A stretch of 64,000 nt of DNA from Aplysia californica (Eukaryota). The DNA lies in the NCBI RefSeq assembly GCF_000002075.1, contig NW_004797419.1, forward strand, positions 741,487 through 805,486, given 5' to 3'. Shown piece after piece: positions 14,601 through 24,510 of the stretch; the first letter of the stretch is position 1; each line of letters begins with the position of its first letter. Below the pieces are notes generated by a model. That model searched no databases, was not told where the DNA came from, and was given only the letters and a program-made list of their open reading frames with translations. The translations under genes and the position numbers were made by a program.

Positions 14601-17600
14601 AAATATGCATCATAATATGTACAATTATGTTATAATTTTGACAATTACTTTCATGGTATGGCATGACACTCTCTGTCTAAAAACAATGAATAATGATCAC
14701 ACGTAAATATATATCGGCCAGTTTCACTAAAATAACTGTCTTTTTATTGTTGCCCTTGTTCTGTTAATCAATGTAAAACAAGTTTTGGGGAGAATTGTAT
14801 TAGGGAACAGACAGTCTGCTGTGAAGTATATTGCTTCTTTCAAATTCAAACATGAGATTATAGCTTTGCAACTTTTATGTTTCAGCAGAAACTGGACACC
14901 TGTAATTTTGCAAACAAGATTAACAATAAAAGGATGGTCTTACTCACACACACATACACTCACATGCAAAGACATATGCACACACACACACACACACACA
15001 AACACAAATACACACAAATACAAAATGCCCCCCCCCCCCCAAAAATACCCAACCCCACACACACAAGTGTATGTACACCCATACCCGAATGATTGCAGAA
15101 CAGAGCACAGTGTAGGTACATTTTGTACAAAGCAAATATTTCATCAGAAGCACTGGTCCAGTGGTGGTGGGTGGAGCAAAATTTGGGTGGGGCTTAGGTA
15201 GCTTCCACTTCTTTACCACCAAATAGCAAGCAATAAGAACAAAACAGTGGTGATTTTTCTATACTCACGGTGAGCCGCGGCATTTTGAGAACCATTCAAA
15301 CAAGAAGAGCAACCTTTGTTTTCCATTTCTTTTTTCTTAGTTAAATTTTTGTTGATGGTAGGGACAAAACTGTTTCACCTCCAAATTTAATTTAATTAAT
15401 TATTATGTCATGAAAAAGTTGCCTTAACTCATTCGCTACGTATTATTTTCGGCTTGTGGACAAATTTTTTTGGGGGAGGGCGAATGAGATGATGACTAGT
15501 GGGCAGTTAAAAGGTCTTTGGGGCCATAAATTTAAATAAATATCAACGTATTATATACCAATATTTTCAGTATGGTTTGGAGAATACATCAGTAATGTTT
15601 ATTTATGAATTTTTCAACTTTGGTTCCTGTAAGAGACGATTATATAACACAATTTTGATTGGATGCGGAAAAAATTTGAAAATAAAAAATTAATAATCTT
15701 TGGTGAAACTCAAAAAATATATTTGCACCTAGTCAAATGATACATCAAAATAACCATAAATGAATACAGAACTGGAAAATATTGAAAAGTTTGCAGTTAT
15801 TTACCTACATTCCATAATATTTGTACATTTTTAACATAACATCCGATATTGAAAAAAAATAAAAAATTTTAATCTTGAAAAATGAGCACAAACAGAAAAA
15901 AACCCACTCGTATCTTATATGGAATTATTCAGAATTGCATACAGAATAAACCTATATGTCTTGAGTGGCACTTTTTGTGTAATTTCATCAAAAAGTAGTG
16001 ATTTTGGGGAGAAAAAAATATTTTGACAATTTAGATCTAGAGCTAGACCTAGCACTAAAAAATATTGATTTCTCAATAACAGTGCATTGGCAATATGAGT
16101 CCAATCGTATCAATATTATAAAAAGGAGTCCTACATTTCTTTAGTGGGCAAAATAATGATAAATTTTGTTGTGTAAAATTACTAAGACTGGTGTCCAGGC
16201 TATAATTTTGGCATCGCGATAAAACAAAGTCGAATAAACTACGAAATCGCGTTTCAAAACTGAATCTAAATTTCCGGTTTTCAGTGGAAATGCTTGACCC
16301 GGAAGTCAACATTATATTATGACCTTTATTTTTTCCTGGATATGTGGATTGGAATAGAAACCAAGCTAAAATTGAAGATCGGTTCTCGAGCCGCCGGGAC
16401 GGCTTAGCGTACTGACGGCACATTAGCCACGCCGCCCCCCATGGCTCGGCGTAGCGAATGAGTTAAGAGTAATTCGAGATGATTTATAACTGTTAAATCG
16501 CAGCGGAACAAACACAAACATGCACACACAGCACTTCAAACATATTGCTTCTATGAGCTGGATTAGGCCATGTAGTCGAGAACGTTGAACGCACCTAACA
16601 AAGAACCAACGAGCGCATAGATATCTGTGTCAGTGGTTCAAGCCCGTGAACCCTTCACTACCCACCGCCACTGACTGGTCTTTGAATAAATAATAACTTT
16701 GTCTCCTTTAAACTATTTCATCCAAAATGCACTCTACAATTAAATGTACTTTGGACAAAATAGTTCTGAGGAGACAAATTTATGACAAAAAAATTTATGG
16801 AACAAGTATTTGTAACGGGGGGGGGGTTCTAAACAGACAAAAACATTCCTAATCATATGCACAACAATACTGTGCACTCACCAGCCATGACAAAAAGACA
16901 TTCAGTAGCTTTTTGGCGAACTGTTATATCGTCATCTTTCAGCAAGTTTTTCAAGCTGACTCCAATACCTGTCAAGTATATAAAATACTGTTATTAAAAA
17001 GCAGTTCAGCTACNNNNNNNNNNNNNNNNNNNNNNNNNNNNNNNNNNNNNNNNNNNNNNNNNNNNNNNNNNNNNNNNNNNNNNNNNNNNNNNNNNNNNNN
17101 NNNNNNNNNNNNNNNNNNNNNNNNNNNNNNNNNNNNNNNNNNNNNNNNNNNNNNNNNNNNNNNNNNNNNNNNNNNNNNNNNNNNNNNNNNNNNNNNNNNN
17201 NNNNNNNNNNNNNNNNNNNNNNNNNNNNNNNNNNTAATTAAAGCCAAGATAAGAACGTCTGTATAACATCACCAATTATGAGGCTTCTTTTTGAGCCAAC
17301 AACTGCTCAAATCGCTACTTAATTCAAATATCTTATTAGAAAACTAAACATTACATTGCTTTGAAATCTCAGCTGTAAATTTCTATTCTATCAATTCATC
17401 AGTGAACAGTATACCCATAACACTAGAGCAATTTGTATACATTTTTATCTTCACTACAACCTAATCGGTGCTTACTAACAATGAGAATTCTTACAGCAAA
17501 GGCACCTGCTCACATATTATCAACTCCTAAAATATTTATAATGTCTCTTTGTGTTTAAAGAAAAATAGCTTTATTTTAGTGTAAAGCAAGTATGACTATT

Positions 17601-20600
17601 AGACCTGTGCATTGTCCTATAGGCATTTTTGATGGTGTCTGGCACAAAATCAAACTCCAAAATTTTGTCAAACCTGATAGGAACTCATCAACACGTTTAG
17701 GGCTTACAGTGCTAATAAGCGTATGGATTAGGAATTATATGAATAAAATAATTCTCATATTATTATACTACAGCCAAATCATTGCCTCTGTCTATTTTGG
17801 TCGATTGCACAGGATCTGTTTCAAAATCAATTTTTCTATATCTCAGGTAACATTTACACCTCTCTTTTAACAGCAAGTTTAACTGATTCCATCCATTCAG
17901 CCGCTGACAGCAGCTCAGGGTTTTTCCTCTGTTGCCATTCGACCGCTGTGGGCGGCTCAACGAAATCCAAGCAAAATTCGAAACGAATGTGCACTTTTTA
18001 ACATAGTTTCTACTTATTAAGTTGTTGAAAGGAAGTAGAACTTGTAAACAAGCCTGGCCTCAATCTGTAAGCGCCAACATCAATCGAAACTCTGCGAAAT
18101 TCTTGCAAAAATCATTGTTTTGTGGTCGCAATGCAGGCACGAAGTAAGGGTAAACAACATAATATGGAGCCTGGTGTAATAAAAAGGCCCTTCAGAGAGA
18201 AAAATTAAACTAAATTCGTGAAATTCTTGCATAAAAGTGTGCTAGAGAGATATCGCTACTATTTTGTGTTGATTCCAATGGATTATAAGGACTTGTAGAG
18301 CTGAGAAAATGCGGTAAGTCGAAATTTTCGAAGAGGTGTTGCGCAATTTAGTTTTCTCATTCGTTTTTGTCTGAGGGAAAATACAATACAAACAGGTCAT
18401 AGGTCATTGTTATTGATATAAACAGATTCCTCTATTGATTTTCATCAGTTTCATATGACAATACATATAAGAGTAACTTAAAATTACAGCTTCACAGTAA
18501 TGCACTAAATAGATGCACCCCAGGTCTAAAACTGAACAGGGAAAAATAATTCTGTCCAGAGCCTGAAAAAAGCATGGATGGAATCAGTTAATAATCGGGA
18601 ATCTTCGGTTACCGAAGAAAAACCCGGAATAGCCTACCTCTACTCTACATCCTTTTGACAACTTAAAAAGGAGGAACTATGTGAAAAAGTGCGCATTTGT
18701 TCTGCATTTCGCTCGGATTTCATAGAGCCGTTCACAGCGGTTGAATGGAGGAAGCGGAAAAACTCAGAGCCGCTGTCAGCAGCCAAATGGACGGAATCAG
18801 TTAAAGGCCAGGAACCGTAGGAATTGGTTCCGAACCCAATTACTTTCATTATACTTGTAGAGCTGAGATAATGAGGTAAGTTGAAATTTTCGAAGATATG
18901 TTGAGCAAATTTTTTTTTCTCATTAGTTTTTGTCTGAGGGAAAATAGAATACAGTCAGAATATAGGTCATTGTAACTGATATGATCAGATTCCTCTATTT
19001 ATTCCCATCAGTTTGGTATATCAAAATACATATTATGAGTAACTTAGAACCTCACAGTAATGCATTAAATAGATGCATCCCAGGTTAATAATTGAACAAG
19101 GAAAAATAACTCTGTCCAAAGCCTGAAAAAATCATGGATGGAATCAGTTAACAAATAATCAGAACTCACCATTCCTGAGCGCCTCAGCAATATGCTCTGG
19201 ATCATGCAGGTGGTCACACAGAGACATCACAGCTCTTTGTCTCACTATGAGATTTTCATCATTCAGTTCACGATTCTAGAAATAAAAGTAAAAGTTTCTT
19301 CATGAGCACTGAACCTTAGGTTATTTAGTGAAAATTTATGAAATTAGTGGTACGTGCACTAAAATATTGTGGGGAACAGGGTAAAGACATCTAATTTTTG
19401 TGGTCAACTTACATTTTAGCCTCCTTCCTGCTGTAAAATAGGGCCATATAATATAGTTTGAGATCTCAACTTATAGGCCTAGGTGTCACGGCGCAATGGA
19501 ATCAGGCGCTCGTCAATTTTTTGGCATGTCAAGAGATAATTAGTATCTTCTGAACGCTTGTTCATTTGCCTTGCTTTTAGGGAAACAAATACTCATCTAT
19601 CTTGAATAGAAGTAGAAATATTAGCGATCCAAAGAGATGGGGTCTCCTGGCTTGAGTATTAAGATTAATGAGAAAATGGTCACCAAAGTTTGGGAACTTC
19701 AATGGCTTGGGAGTCTCTGAAAACTGAAAAATTCCATATTTTGTATTTCTAATCAACGGTTTTCAGTAAAATTCACATGGAAATGTGTTTCTATGTCGCC
19801 ATAAAAGGTGTTGAGACAAAAAAACAAAAAATTTGATAAAAACGGCTAGACTGGTGGAAAAATGCCTGTTTTTTTTATTTTATAATTTTGCCTAGCGCCT
19901 GGTTTCACCATGAAGCCTCACATATATAATTATAGGCCGCGGCTATTCGGACTCGAGTCTGAATAGCCTCCCCTGGCTATTCGGACTCTAAACTCCAATG
20001 CGCATGCGCAATCAACGGGTGTACCGGACGCGAAGCGGACAGGCAATTCGACCTTGGCCTTCCTCAGTTTCTACAATCTGGCCAAAATTTTCGACACAAA
20101 TTAAGAAAAGAATTAGTCTAGTGACATCAAAAGTGAACAACAGTTGCAAAATCTGAAATACTACACAACAAAGGCAAATACAGGGAAACGGCAATTTAAT
20201 CTTTGATCATTAAAGCAGTCAAAAAAATGTTTCAGAACAACAAAAGATTATAACTCTATAGGTAGTCATTGGACGAGAAAGACAAAAATTATTGATCAAT
20301 AGGAAGTCCAGTCAGGAATTAAGAAGAGAAAAGTTAAAACCCTTTCAAAGGGAACAAAAGTCAGTCGTTCAAAGTAACAGTGGTCTAAAGGAAAAGCTTT
20401 TCCAACAGCATACTTTATATGATGTTCAAACAAAATCAGGGCAATACAATACTGCGCATTGGAGTTTGAGTCCGAATAGCCACTTCGATAATTAGCCTAT
20501 ATTATATGTCCTAATAATATTAGGCAACGGTTATTGGTACAACAATGCGTACAACTCTAACTAGAGTTATTAGTACAATTGTACCAATAACCAGACAGAG

Positions 20601-22974
20601 TTATTCGTACAATTATTAGAAATTTGGAGGTTGACTGTAAAAATAAGCCAAAATCACTAGATCTTGTCATCCAATTGGTTCTCCCCTAGGTTGAGCATCA
20701 TTGTAATAACTTTAACCAGGCCTAAATTGGTAGGCCTAAAAGGAAAAGTAGGCTAGATCTATACTTCTATTAAAATATAAGTAGATCTATAATTATGACT
20801 ATTATTTATGTTTCTTTGTTTTTACACAAAACCATGAGTGGAAATCTTTGAAGTCAAAACAAACAATTATGGGAAAAAAATTGTTGGTCAGTCGGGGGAG
20901 GAGAGAGAAGAAGGAAAAAAAAACCTGGGATTTGAACCCACACTCATAATATATAGAATCTAATACTTCTTCATACGCAGACACGCTGTAGAATGAAGTA
21001 GAGAATTAAGCTTAACTCATTCGCTACACCGAGCCGTGGGGGGTGGCGCGGCTAAAGTGCCGTCAGTACGCTAAGCCGCCCCCGGCGGCTCGAGAACCAA
21101 CGTTCAATTTTAGCTTGGTTTCTATTCCAATCCACATATCCATGTTAAAATAAAGGTCATAATATAAAGTTGACTTCCGGGTCAAGCACTTCCACCGAAA
21201 ATCGGAAGTTTTGATTCAGTTTTGAAACACGATTTCGAAGTTTATACGACACTGTTTTATCGCGAAGCCCAAATATATAATAGCCCAGACACCAGTCTTA
21301 GTACTTTTACACAACAAAATGTATCATTATTTTGCTCACTAAAGAAGTGTAGATCTCTTCTTTATAATATTGATACTACTGGACTCAAATTGCCAGTGCA
21401 CTGTAATTGAGAAATCAATATTTTTGAGTGCTAGATCTAGGCCTAGATCTAGATCTAAATAGTCAAAATATTTTTTTTTTCCCAAAATCACTACTTTTTG
21501 GTGAATTTACTCAAAAAGTACCACCCAAGACATGTATAGGTTTATTCCAAATGCAATTCTGAATGATTCCATATAAGATACGAGTGTTTTTACTTTTAAA
21601 GTTTATTTGTTTTCAATATCGGAGGTTATGATCCAAATGTACAAATATTATGGAATGTATGTAAATAACTGCTCATTTTTCAATATTTTCCTGTTCTATA
21701 AACAGTTATGGTTATTTTGATGTATAATTTATTTGACAAGGTGCAAACATTTTTTTTTTGTTTCGTCTGATATTTGTTGTTTTCAAATTTTATCTGCAGC
21801 CAATCACAATTGTGTTGCATAATCGCCTCTCACAGGAACTAAAGTTGGAAAATACTCAAATAAATAATACAGATGTATTCTACAAACTATACTGAAAATG
21901 TTGGTACATAATATGTTGATATTTATTTGAATTTATGGCCCCCAAGACCTGTGAACTGCGCACTAGTCATCATCTCATTTCGCCCTCCCGAAAAAAATTC
22001 GTCCACAAGCCGAAAATAATACGTAGCGAATGAGTTAAACTTTTACAGCACGGTTTCAACGCAACACACATTTCTAGATCTATCTAGAGTTTAGATCTAA
22101 ATCTAATCTAGACTTTGTTGTTCTTTTTACATGGGGGGAACACCATCAATGAGGCGGCTGGCATCAAATCGGCAGATAAGGTCTGACGAAAAATTTAAAC
22201 ATTTCAGCAGGTGGAATATTTGAAACACTGATCTAGAATCTAGATTTCTAGATCTAGAATCTAGATCTTAAATTAGATCTGCTAAGACAGAACATGTAGG
22301 CAGTAGGCCTGTGAGCATAGATCTAGGCCTACTCCTACTATTGTACAGATACTTGTAGCACTTCGACGACTTCGTACAATTGTTGTGTGTACAACGTTGT
22401 ACGGATAACTAGACAGAGTTGTTCGCACAATTGTTTGGTACAATATTGTACGGATAACTAGACAGAGCTGTTCGCACAATTGTTCGGTACAATATTGTAC
22501 GGATAACTAGACAGAGTTGTTCGCACAATTGTACGGATAACCACTCCGTAATATTATGACTATGATGAAGATCATATGAAATTTCTCCGGTTGATAGTAT
22601 AGCCTACAAGTTTAGATCTAAAACTTCAAGGTATTAACATGTGTATGATTTTGAAAATGTCATGATCATATTATTGATTGCATTTATACGTTTAGGCGTC
22701 GGTTTAGTAACGTAAAGTTTAGGTCTAGGCCGTTGCCGTAGCTTTAATTCTTGCCTTGAGTCTTGAGTTTGAGGTTGAAGTGTGAGTGAAGCACAATAGT
22801 TATATAGACCTATAAGGTAATAATATACAATTAGTGAACGATATAAACGTATTAAAATCAAATACAACACTGCACACTTACTAATCGTGGAATTGCACGA
22901 TCTCCATATGCTAAAGGAGTTCTGGTTGGGTCGATGTTAGGTGGGTATTTCGCTGAGATGATGGTGCTCGCCAT
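2544..22974 (-). CDS. RSPH14: Radial spoke head 14 homolog (RTDR1), complete spliced CDS, 10 coding exons, 1023 nt / 340 aa
   Basis: Exons 22882-22974, 19170-19275, 16882-16968, 11790-11924, 9809-9885, 9304-9452, 7043-7159, 5145-5256, 4419-4481, 2544-2627. All introns are GT-AG and phases match. Protein MASTIISAKYPPNIDPTRTPLAYGDRAIPRL...AAEIAVKVITWLP* matches the RSPH14 pattern recalled from the human protein (AYGxRALPKL, LCDxxHDPE, LILDTL, TxGKY, RLNAxKALTxLxEAPEGR). Confidence 0.96.
2828..4354 (+). mobile_element. MITE family A copy 2, split by a TTAA element at 2862-3939
   Basis: 5' TIR at 2828-2861; the body resumes at ~3944-4354. Confidence 0.75.
2862..3939. mobile_element. piggyBac-like non-autonomous element
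   Basis: TTAA at 2858-2861 and 3940-3943; TIR CTCTTGGCGTCCG / CTCTTGCGCCCG. Confidence 0.7.
4419..4481 (-). CDS. RSPH14: RSPH14 exon 9 (ALTCLSEAPEGRQELLKHVDK)
   Basis: cttcag / gtttgt, phase 0->0. Confidence 0.95.
5145..5256 (-). CDS. RSPH14: RSPH14 exon 8 (ITITTKGKYTAIHAVSIPPLVDLVDDVNSEVRLNAIK)
   Basis: tctcag / gtgtgt, phase 2->0. Confidence 0.95.
5293..5473 (+). mobile_element. MITE family A, 5' fragment
   Basis: similar to the first ~180 bp of copy 1. Confidence 0.7.
7043..7159 (-). CDS. RSPH14: RSPH14 exon 7 (VPLAGKDRAVACGALPLLRDMLKDPTMEVRANSAGAIM)
   Basis: tttcag / gtgagc, phase 2->2. Confidence 0.95.
7451..7562. repeat. degenerate (CA)n tract
   Basis: direct. Confidence 0.9.
9304..9452 (-). 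CDS. RSPH14: RSPH14 exon 6 (ELILDTLHFCMRVDTQSALDASAMEAFTSLLKHELPVIRAKAARDIMDL)
   Basis: ttccag / gtctgt, phase 0->2; overlaps ORF 9240..9422. Confidence 0.95.
9809..9885 (-). CDS. RSPH14: RSPH14 exon 5 (AEGIVQAQFVQVLVKKLQTELNEIK)
   Basis: tgcag / gtaaag, phase 1->0. Confidence 0.95.
10278..11092. mobile_element. Tc1/mariner (pogo/Tigger-like) MITE
   Basis: TA-CAGTAGTCTCTTCCTAAGACCC ... GGATCTTAGGAGTGACTTTTG-TA, with repeated (G)GATCTTAG subterminal motifs. Confidence 0.55.
11790..11924 (-). CDS. RSPH14: RSPH14 exon 4 (HALGRDSFLENETIYPVARLFDDSEDIARKNAHLCVMRISETPP)
   Basis: gacag / gtaaga, phase 1->1. Confidence 0.95.
12477..12672. repeat. degenerate (TG)n tract between two N gaps
   Basis: direct. 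Confidence 0.85.
13631..14054 (+). mobile_element. MITE family A copy
   Basis: full length, both TIRs. Confidence 0.8.
14944..15065. repeat. degenerate (CA)n / poly-C tract
   Basis: direct. Confidence 0.85.
15428..16462 (-). mobile_element. piggyBac-like MITE family B, copy 1 (1035 bp)
   Basis: TTAA TSD on both sides, TIR CTCATTCGCTACG. Confidence 0.9.
16546..16690 (+). mobile_element. SINE-like fragment with tRNA-type A/B boxes
   Basis: GGCCATGTAGTCGAG ... GGTTCAAGCCC. Confidence 0.35.
16882..16968 (-). CDS. RSPH14: RSPH14 exon 3 (IGVSLKNLLKDDDITVRQKATECLFVMA)
   Basis: gacag / gtgagt, phase 1->1. Confidence 0.95.
17883..18587 (+). mobile_element. piggyBac-like MITE family C (705 bp)
   Basis: TTAA TSD, TIR CTGATTCCATCCAT. 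Confidence 0.85.
18643..19147. mobile_element. rearranged family C pieces: inverted left end (18643-18800) and direct right end (18853-19147)
   Basis: Both pieces end in GGAATCAG-TTAA; they match 17883-18042 (reverse) and 18290-18587 (direct). Confidence 0.8.
19170..19275 (-). CDS. RSPH14: RSPH14 exon 2 (NRELNDENLIVRQRAVMSLCDHLHDPEHIAEALRNG)
   Basis: ttctag acceptor, gtgagt donor, phase 0->1. Confidence 0.95.
19482..19922 (+). mobile_element. MITE family A copy
   Basis: full length, both TIRs. Confidence 0.8.
19927..20508. mobile_element. unclassified MITE with long inverted ends and an internal palindrome
   Basis: GGCTATTCGGACTC.AAACTCCAATGCGCA is mirrored at ~20453-20481; hairpin GGCTATTCGGACTC/GAGTCTGAATAGCC. 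Confidence 0.65.
21016..22034 (+). mobile_element. piggyBac-like MITE family B, copy 2 (1019 bp), inverted relative to copy 1
   Basis: TTAA TSD, TIR CTCATTCGCTAC; end-to-end reverse-complement similarity to 15428-16462. Confidence 0.9.
22397..22541 (+). repeat. 49-bp minisatellite, about 3 copies
   Basis: unit TTGTACGGATAACTAGACAGAGTTGTTCGCACAATTGTTYGGTACAATA at 22397, 22446 and 22495. Confidence 0.9.
22882..22974 (-). CDS. RSPH14: RSPH14 coding exon 1 (MASTIISAKYPPNIDPTRTPLAYGDRAIPRL)
   Basis: aaaATGG start, donor gtaagt, phase 0. Confidence 0.95.
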
Positions 22975-22984
22975 TTTGTAAATT

Positions 22985-23005
22985 GTAAATAGTGTCCATA
23001 ACAAC
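22985..23005. promoter_or_regulatory. RFX X-box-like site plus adjacent forkhead (FOXJ1-type) site upstream of RSPH14
   Basis: GTGTCCATAACAAC (22992-23005; GTTGTTATGGACAC on minus) abuts GTAAATA (22985-22991), 10-30 nt upstream of the ATG of a motile-cilia gene. Confidence 0.65.
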
Positions 23006-24465
23006 AGGAGCTACTAGATCTAATCTTTTCCGCATTTACGTATATAAGTGTGTTTGGAATTTATGAATAATTAGTTGAAAACCTTTTTCTTTTCAGGAAG
23101 TTGTTGACGTATTTGTACCAAATGCCCTTTTTGTTGTCAAAATACGTTTAAAAAAAGCATTCTACACTGAAGTAGGCTATTCAATTTATCAACAACAACC
23201 CGATGGGGGAAAAAAAGTTTATGTTTTCCACCGGAAATTGCTGGTGGTAGGCAAAATGAATCATGTCTCACAGAGGTTATAATAGTTCAACCTCTTTGTT
23301 TGTACAATATTTTTGTTCAAATAATAGACCTATAATATCTCTTTGGCTATTTGAGAAACCGATATATCTTCCAAGATATTAATATGTTGTGTCGAATACG
23401 GTTCATAAAAGCGATGGACATTGACAATTCAAACAAGGCGGCGAATTGACTTCACAACAAAGATTTGTAACTATTATAGAGTTGCCAGCCCTGCTCAGAA
23501 GAAAAAAAGAAGAAAAAAAAAACGATTGGGGAACGTCGTTGAGCAAAAAAAAACAACAACAGCAAAAACAACGGTACAACCTAAATTGATAAGGACTTTA
23601 CTGAATTAAAATTAAATGAAATAAATCAAATTGGCCCTGGAATAACACAATATGGCGGAAAAGACGCGCAGCTCGCTCACTCGTATGATAAATTTATAAT
23701 GGTATATCTTTATAAAAGAAAAAAATCAATCTTTCATTGGATTTCATTGTCAGAGATCAGGTAGTGTAATGAAAATGGGAGGCCCGGGAGAGGGGGAGAG
23801 GAGGATTTATTTGATATTCCAAATTATACGTAGGGCCTAATATAATATGGATTTGACAAACACCCATGCTCACCCAACGCTCACGTGTACATTCATAAAC
23901 TTTTTTAAAAATCAAATCCTGTCACTTGCTAAAATCTATACATATACCCACAATTTTACGTTTTCAGGGAAAAACACAGTTGTTGACGATGTTTCTGCTG
24001 AACGGACGGGCGACAAAAGTGCATCTGTCAAACGCGGTTTGGTGTGAACACATATAGGGCCTAGAGGTAGGCCAAGTGAAGAGACATACATTTTATTTGT
24101 GCATTTTGTTGATCAGCCGCTATTGGTCGTCTACTGTCTGGCATTCCTGGTGGAAACGACGGGCTAAATTATGACTGTCAGCGACCGTGCGCATCGTCGA
24201 ATGGAGCTCCGTGCGCTATTCTCATACGTTATGGAGCTCCTGTATCGTTCAATTTTTATTCCGAATCCAATGTGACACAGCCTGGACCGGGCTGGCAAAA
24301 TCATAGACCTAACCCCCATAATATGGAAAAGTAATAATGGGAAGTCGTAAACAAACACAAACAAACAAACAAAGCGGGGGGAAAGGCAACTATGCAGGTG
24401 TTGACAGTTCAAAACAAACCATAAAGGACGCTTGGAAGATTGCTAAGAAGCACTATTTGCGATAT

Positions 24466-24470
24466 CTGGT

Positions 24471-24510
<40 letters not shown>

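Larger units (their letters stand above)
20515..22557. mobile_element. unclassified TIR element hosting MITE B copy 2
   Basis: Left end TAATATTAGGCAACGGTTATTGGTACAA vs reverse complement of right end TAATATTACGGAGTGGTTATCCGTACAA; both ends share the ..AGACAGAGTT.TTCG.ACAATT repeat. Confidence 0.5.

Noticed and set aside
22397-22541. Regularly spaced repeats resembling a CRISPR array
   Set aside because: The units are contiguous 49-bp tandem copies without unique spacers, there are no cas genes, and the context is a eukaryotic intron.
23650-23690. ATGGCGGAAAAG...|gtatga as the first exon of a divergent gene
   Set aside because: No downstream exon could be linked with confidence; it may be only a YY1-like motif.
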